Origin: Atribacterota bacterium
GTDB taxonomy: Bacteria > Atribacterota > Phoenicimicrobiia > Phoenicimicrobiales > Phoenicimicrobiaceae
Assembly: GCA_035648055.1 (NCBI GenBank)
Contig: DASRMF010000060.1
Coordinates: forward strand, 1,195 to 65,194
Direction of reading: 5' to 3'
DNA: 64,000 nucleotides
The notes beneath the pieces are model-generated. The model was not told the DNA's origin, made no database searches, and saw nothing but the letters and a program-made list of their open reading frames with translations. This document shows, in pieces, positions 60,984 through 64,000 of this stretch; the first letter of the stretch is position 1; each line of letters begins with the position of its first letter. A program made the position numbers and the translations under genes.

Positions 60984-61631
60984 TTAAACTAAAAAACGAA
61001 ATAGAAAAAATACAATAGGAAATAATACTTTTCCAATTATACCACTGAATACCAAAATTAATAAGAAAATTGGTCCATAACGTTCTAACTTTGCAAATTT
61101 ATAGGCCTGAGGATAGGGCAAAAGGCCTAGCAGTATCTTAAACCCATCTAAAGGTGGAACGGGAATTAAATTAAATATAGCCAGTGCTATATTTATTATT
61201 ACGCCTGTCTGTAGAAATATTAGCCATCCTTTTAGCACCGTTATCGATAGATTAAAAAAAGAGCTGCTTTGTGCCATGGTAATTTTCCCGACAAGAGAAT
61301 AACTTAACCTTAATACAAGGGCAAATATTACTGCAATTACTACATTGGCAATAGGCCCAGCCAATGAAACATATATCATATCTCTTTTAGGATGCTTCAA
61401 TCTGTTAAAGTTTACCGGGACCGGTTTTGCCCACCCAAATCTAAATAAAAGCAGCATCAAAGTCCCTATAGGGTCAAGATGAGCCAAAGGATTCAAGGTA
61501 AGCCTTCCCGCTTCTGCTGCCGTTGGATCACCCAATTTATAAGCCATCCTACCATGCCAGTACTCATGAAAAGTAATAGCAATCAAAACAGCCGGTATGC
61601 TCCAGACGATTTCAAATATATTGTCCAACAT
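60984..61631 (-). CDS. Site-2 protease family zinc metalloprotease (peptidase M50B)
   Basis: 215 aa membrane protein with a HEYWH zinc motif. Confidence 0.8.
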   Translation of the reverse strand: MLDNIFEIVWSIPAVLIAITFHEYWHGRMAYKLGDPTAAEAGRLTLNPLAHLDPIGTLMLLLFRFGWAKPVPVNFNRLKHPKRDMIYVSLAGPIANVVIAVIFALVLRLSYSLVGKITMAQSSSFFNLSITVLKGWLIFLQTGVIINIALAIFNLIPVPPLDGFKILLGLLPYPQAYKFAKLERYGPIFLLILVFSGIIGKVLFPIVFFLFRFLV

Positions 61632-61635
61632 CTTT

Positions 61636-64000
61636 CTATTTCTTATTCCTTTCCTTTATAATGTTTTTTACAAATCTAATTTCATCTTTTTTGTTTTTTG
61701 CCTCTCCATCCAACTGAGCACAAAATAATTTATCTAAAATCTGTGAATAGATCGGACCAGGCTTAATCTGTAGTTCTTTTAGTTCTTTTCCTGAAATATA
61801 TAAACTTTCTTTTTTATATTTTAATAAATAATTAACTATCCTTTCTTTTGCAATATCATTATAGCTTTCCATCATAGCTAAAAATAATGCTTCATTAGAC
61901 AAACCTTTTAATTTTACATAGATATTGCTTGGTGATATTTCATCTTTTTGAGATAGAAATTTTATAATTTGGTCTAAATTCAAATAAACATAGTTTATAT
62001 TGTCTAAATATTTTTGCTTAAATATTATTCTCTTGAAAATTTTCTGAACTTGATTATTTTCTATATTTTTGACCAGGGAACAAAAATATATCATCCATAG
62101 TTGTATTTTCTCATCAGGCATATTACATTTCCAAAATCTATAATTATCTTTTACCTTATTTAATCTTTTAACCATTTCTTCATTTAACTCAACTTCCGGA
62201 AGAATATACTCCAATGCTCCTAATTTTTCCATTCTTTTTAAAGATTTTAATGGATTTTCTTCTTTTAATATCAGAATCAATTCTTCAGTAATTCTTTTTT
62301 TTCTTAATCTGGAGAGTAATTTATCATTAATGGCTTTTTTCAGGAAATCTTCTGTTGTTCTTTCCATTTTAAAATTATATCTCTGTTCAAATCTTATTGC
62401 TCGTATAATTCGCGCCGGGTCTTCAACAAAACTCAAATTATATAAAACTCTTATTATACCTTTACGTAAATCTTTCTGCCCACCAAAAAAGTCGATTAAT
62501 TTTCCAAAATATTTTTCATTTAACTGGATAGCCATGGCATTTATAGTAAAATCTCTTCTATATAAATCTTTTTTAATTGAACTTAGCTCAACCTTAGGAA
62601 AGGCCGCGGGATATTCATAAAATTCTCGTCGGGCAGTTGCTACATCTATCTTAAAACCATCTGTTAAAATTACTATTGCGGTTCCAAATTTTTCGTAGCT
62701 TCTAACTCTTCCTCCCAATTCTTTGCCTAACTCTCGGGCAAATTTTATTCCTTCTCCTTCAACCACAATGTCAAGATCATAATTCTTAATCTCTAAAAAG
62801 AGGTCTCTTACAAATCCACCTACCATAAAAACTGGAAAATTTAATCTATCACCTATCTCCCCAATTTTACTCAGGACATTTTTAACTCTTTTAGGAAATA
62901 TTTTTTCTATTAATTCTATCTGTCTCTTCCTCTCCATCTTCCTGTTGGTCTCAACATAAGTCGAAAATGATCTTTTAGGAATGTGACCTTCTCCATACAA
63001 ATTTCTTATTAAATCTGTTCTGGTAATAATTCCTACCAACTTATCTTCTTGGTTAACAACTACTATTCTTCCGATATCGTGATCGATCATTAATTCTTGA
63101 ATTTCAGTTAAAGGGGTATTCAATTTTACTTTAACTACCTGATCGGACATATATTTACTTACCAGCTCTTTTCCAAATCCATGCTGTTTGGCCCTATTTA
63201 CTTCCTGCATTGTTATAATGCCCTTTAATTCCCCCTCCTCTACTACCGGAATCCCGTTATGCCCGTATCTTAATAATATTTTTTTTGTCTCTTCAATAGA
63301 AGTTGAAGTATCAACGGTCTTAACCGGTGAAGACAGAATATCTTTCGCTACACTTCCCAGTTTTACTTTTCTTTCTAAGATTCTGATAAGTTTTTTCTCT
63401 AATTCATCAAGGGATAAATCTTTTACTACTGCCGAAGCTGCCTGAAAGTGACCTCCCCCTCCTAACTGTTTTAGAATTTCATCAACGTCAACAGAGTTTG
63501 TTCTACTTCTTCCAACTACATATATTCGATCTGCCATCCTTACTATAGTAAAAAAAACATCACTATTTTCTATTTCTATTAACTTATGAGTGAGAAGAGC
63601 CAGGCCTTCTGTGTAATTTTTTACTTCTGCTTTAGCCATATTAATGCGTACACCCTTGCAAAAGATTTCTTTAGCAGAAAGCAGTAATTTATTTAATAAT
63701 TTTTTTTGAGTTATACTTAGGCCAATATTTATAAAATTTGCTACAACTTTTAATTTTATTCCTTTACCAAACAAATAAGAAATGCTATTTATATCATCAA
63801 TTGTAGTAGTCGAAAAAGTAAGAGATCCGGTATCTTCGTAAATCCCCAGGGCAAACAGGGTTGCCTCTATAGGGCTAATTTCTAAATTCATTTTCCTTAT
63901 TTTTTTCAATATTATGGTAGTCGTTGCCCCTACCTCTTCTATTGCATTAATAGTCCCTTTAATATCATCCTCAGTGGAGGGGTGGTGATCGTAGATATGA
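61636..64000 (-). CDS. DHH/DHHA1 phosphoesterase - tandem CBS - poly(A) polymerase/tRNA nucleotidyltransferase head domain fusion protein (5' end beyond the window)
   Basis: The reading frame continues upstream of the track start at 63909 (a TTG) through a DHH motif (…HHPSTEDDIKGT…) to the window edge. CBS pairs and a PolyA_pol/CCA-type domain (GGFVRDLFL ... DLD) follow downstream. Confidence 0.8.
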   Translation of the reverse strand, partial: HIYDHHPSTEDDIKGTINAIEEVGATTTIILKKIRKMNLEISPIEATLFALGIYEDTGSLTFSTTTIDDINSISYLFGKGIKLKVVANFINIGLSITQKKLLNKLLLSAKEIFCKGVRINMAKAEVKNYTEGLALLTHKLIEIENSDVFFTIVRMADRIYVVGRSRTNSVDVDEILKQLGGGGHFQAASAVVKDLSLDELEKKLIRILERKVKLGSVAKDILSSPVKTVDTSTSIEETKKILLRYGHNGIPVVEEGELKGIITMQEVNRAKQHGFGKELVSKYMSDQVVKVKLNTPLTEIQELMIDHDIGRIVVVNQEDKLVGIITRTDLIRNLYGEGHIPKRSFSTYVETNRKMERKRQIELIEKIFPKRVKNVLSKIGEIGDRLNFPVFMVGGFVRDLFLEIKNYDLDIVVEGEGIKFARELGKELGGRVRSYEKFGTAIVILTDGFKIDVATARREFYEYPAAFPKVELSSIKKDLYRRDFTINAMAIQLNEKYFGKLIDFFGGQKDLRKGIIRVLYNLSFVEDPARIIRAIRFEQRYNFKMERTTEDFLKKAINDKLLSRLRKKRITEELILILKEENPLKSLKRMEKLGALEYILPEVELNEEMVKRLNKVKDNYRFWKCNMPDEKIQLWMIYFCSLVKNIENNQVQKIFKRIIFKQKYLDNINYVYLNLDQIIKFLSQKDEISPSNIYVKLKGLSNEALFLAMMESYNDIAKERIVNYLLKYKKESLYISGKELKELQIKPGPIYSQILDKLFCAQLDGEAKNKKDEIRFVKNIIKERNKK

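Overview
This is a 64 kb low-GC (AT-rich) bacterial chromosomal segment in which 65 of 67 genes lie on the minus strand, consistent with a leading-strand core region. It is housekeeping throughout, and I found no CRISPR array, defence island, integrase or transposase.

Gene content, from low to high coordinate:
- A Memo-like protein (AmmeMemoRadiSam system protein B family), an NHL/TPR membrane protein and PlsC.
- tRNA-Arg(CCG), followed by a metallophosphoesterase.
- A complete A/V-type ATPase operon, atpH-I-K-E-C-F-A-B-D. Its c/K subunit carries the Enterococcus-type Na+-binding signature.
- ispG, rseP, dxr, cdsA and uppS, with a small 2[4Fe-4S] ferredoxin gene that the ORF track missed.
- frr, pyrH, tsf, rpsB; hslUV, xerC, topA.
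- A DUF362/4Fe-4S protein, plsY, der, rpe, yifB/comM.
- yraN, rnhB, rplS, trmD, rimM, a KH protein, rpsP, ffh, ftsY, smc, rnc.
- A full fatty acid synthesis cluster: fabF, acpP, fabG, fabD, fabH, plsX, fapR.
- rpmF, ackA, pta.
- tmcAL/ylbM (+ strand), ylbL, coaD, rsmD.
- rpmB (+ strand), ispH, cmk, rluB, scpAB, trpS.
- An M50 protease and a DHH-CBS-poly(A) polymerase fusion that runs off the right edge.

The order follows Bacillus/Clostridia-type synteny.

Most notable result: almost every intergenic region longer than about 60 bp is built from three families of degenerate 7-8 bp tandem repeats (CGATACG-like, TTAACYAA-like, and TAAGTAA with its complement TTACTTA). These include two homologous dyad-symmetric elements of about 110 bp, a (CTT)10 microsatellite, and dispersed copies of a TCTTACGC(GATACGC)n element with variable copy number.

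Other observations:
- A perfect 17 bp hairpin between acpP and fabF.
- A candidate FapR operator at the fapR promoter.
- Near-consensus sigma-70 promoters for the ATPase, rpsB and fapR operons.
- A GC-rich structured island at 4173-4225 and three GC-rich hairpins at the left edge.
- TmcAL sitting next to pta-ackA.
- Start-codon corrections for yifB, cmk, fabF and fabG.
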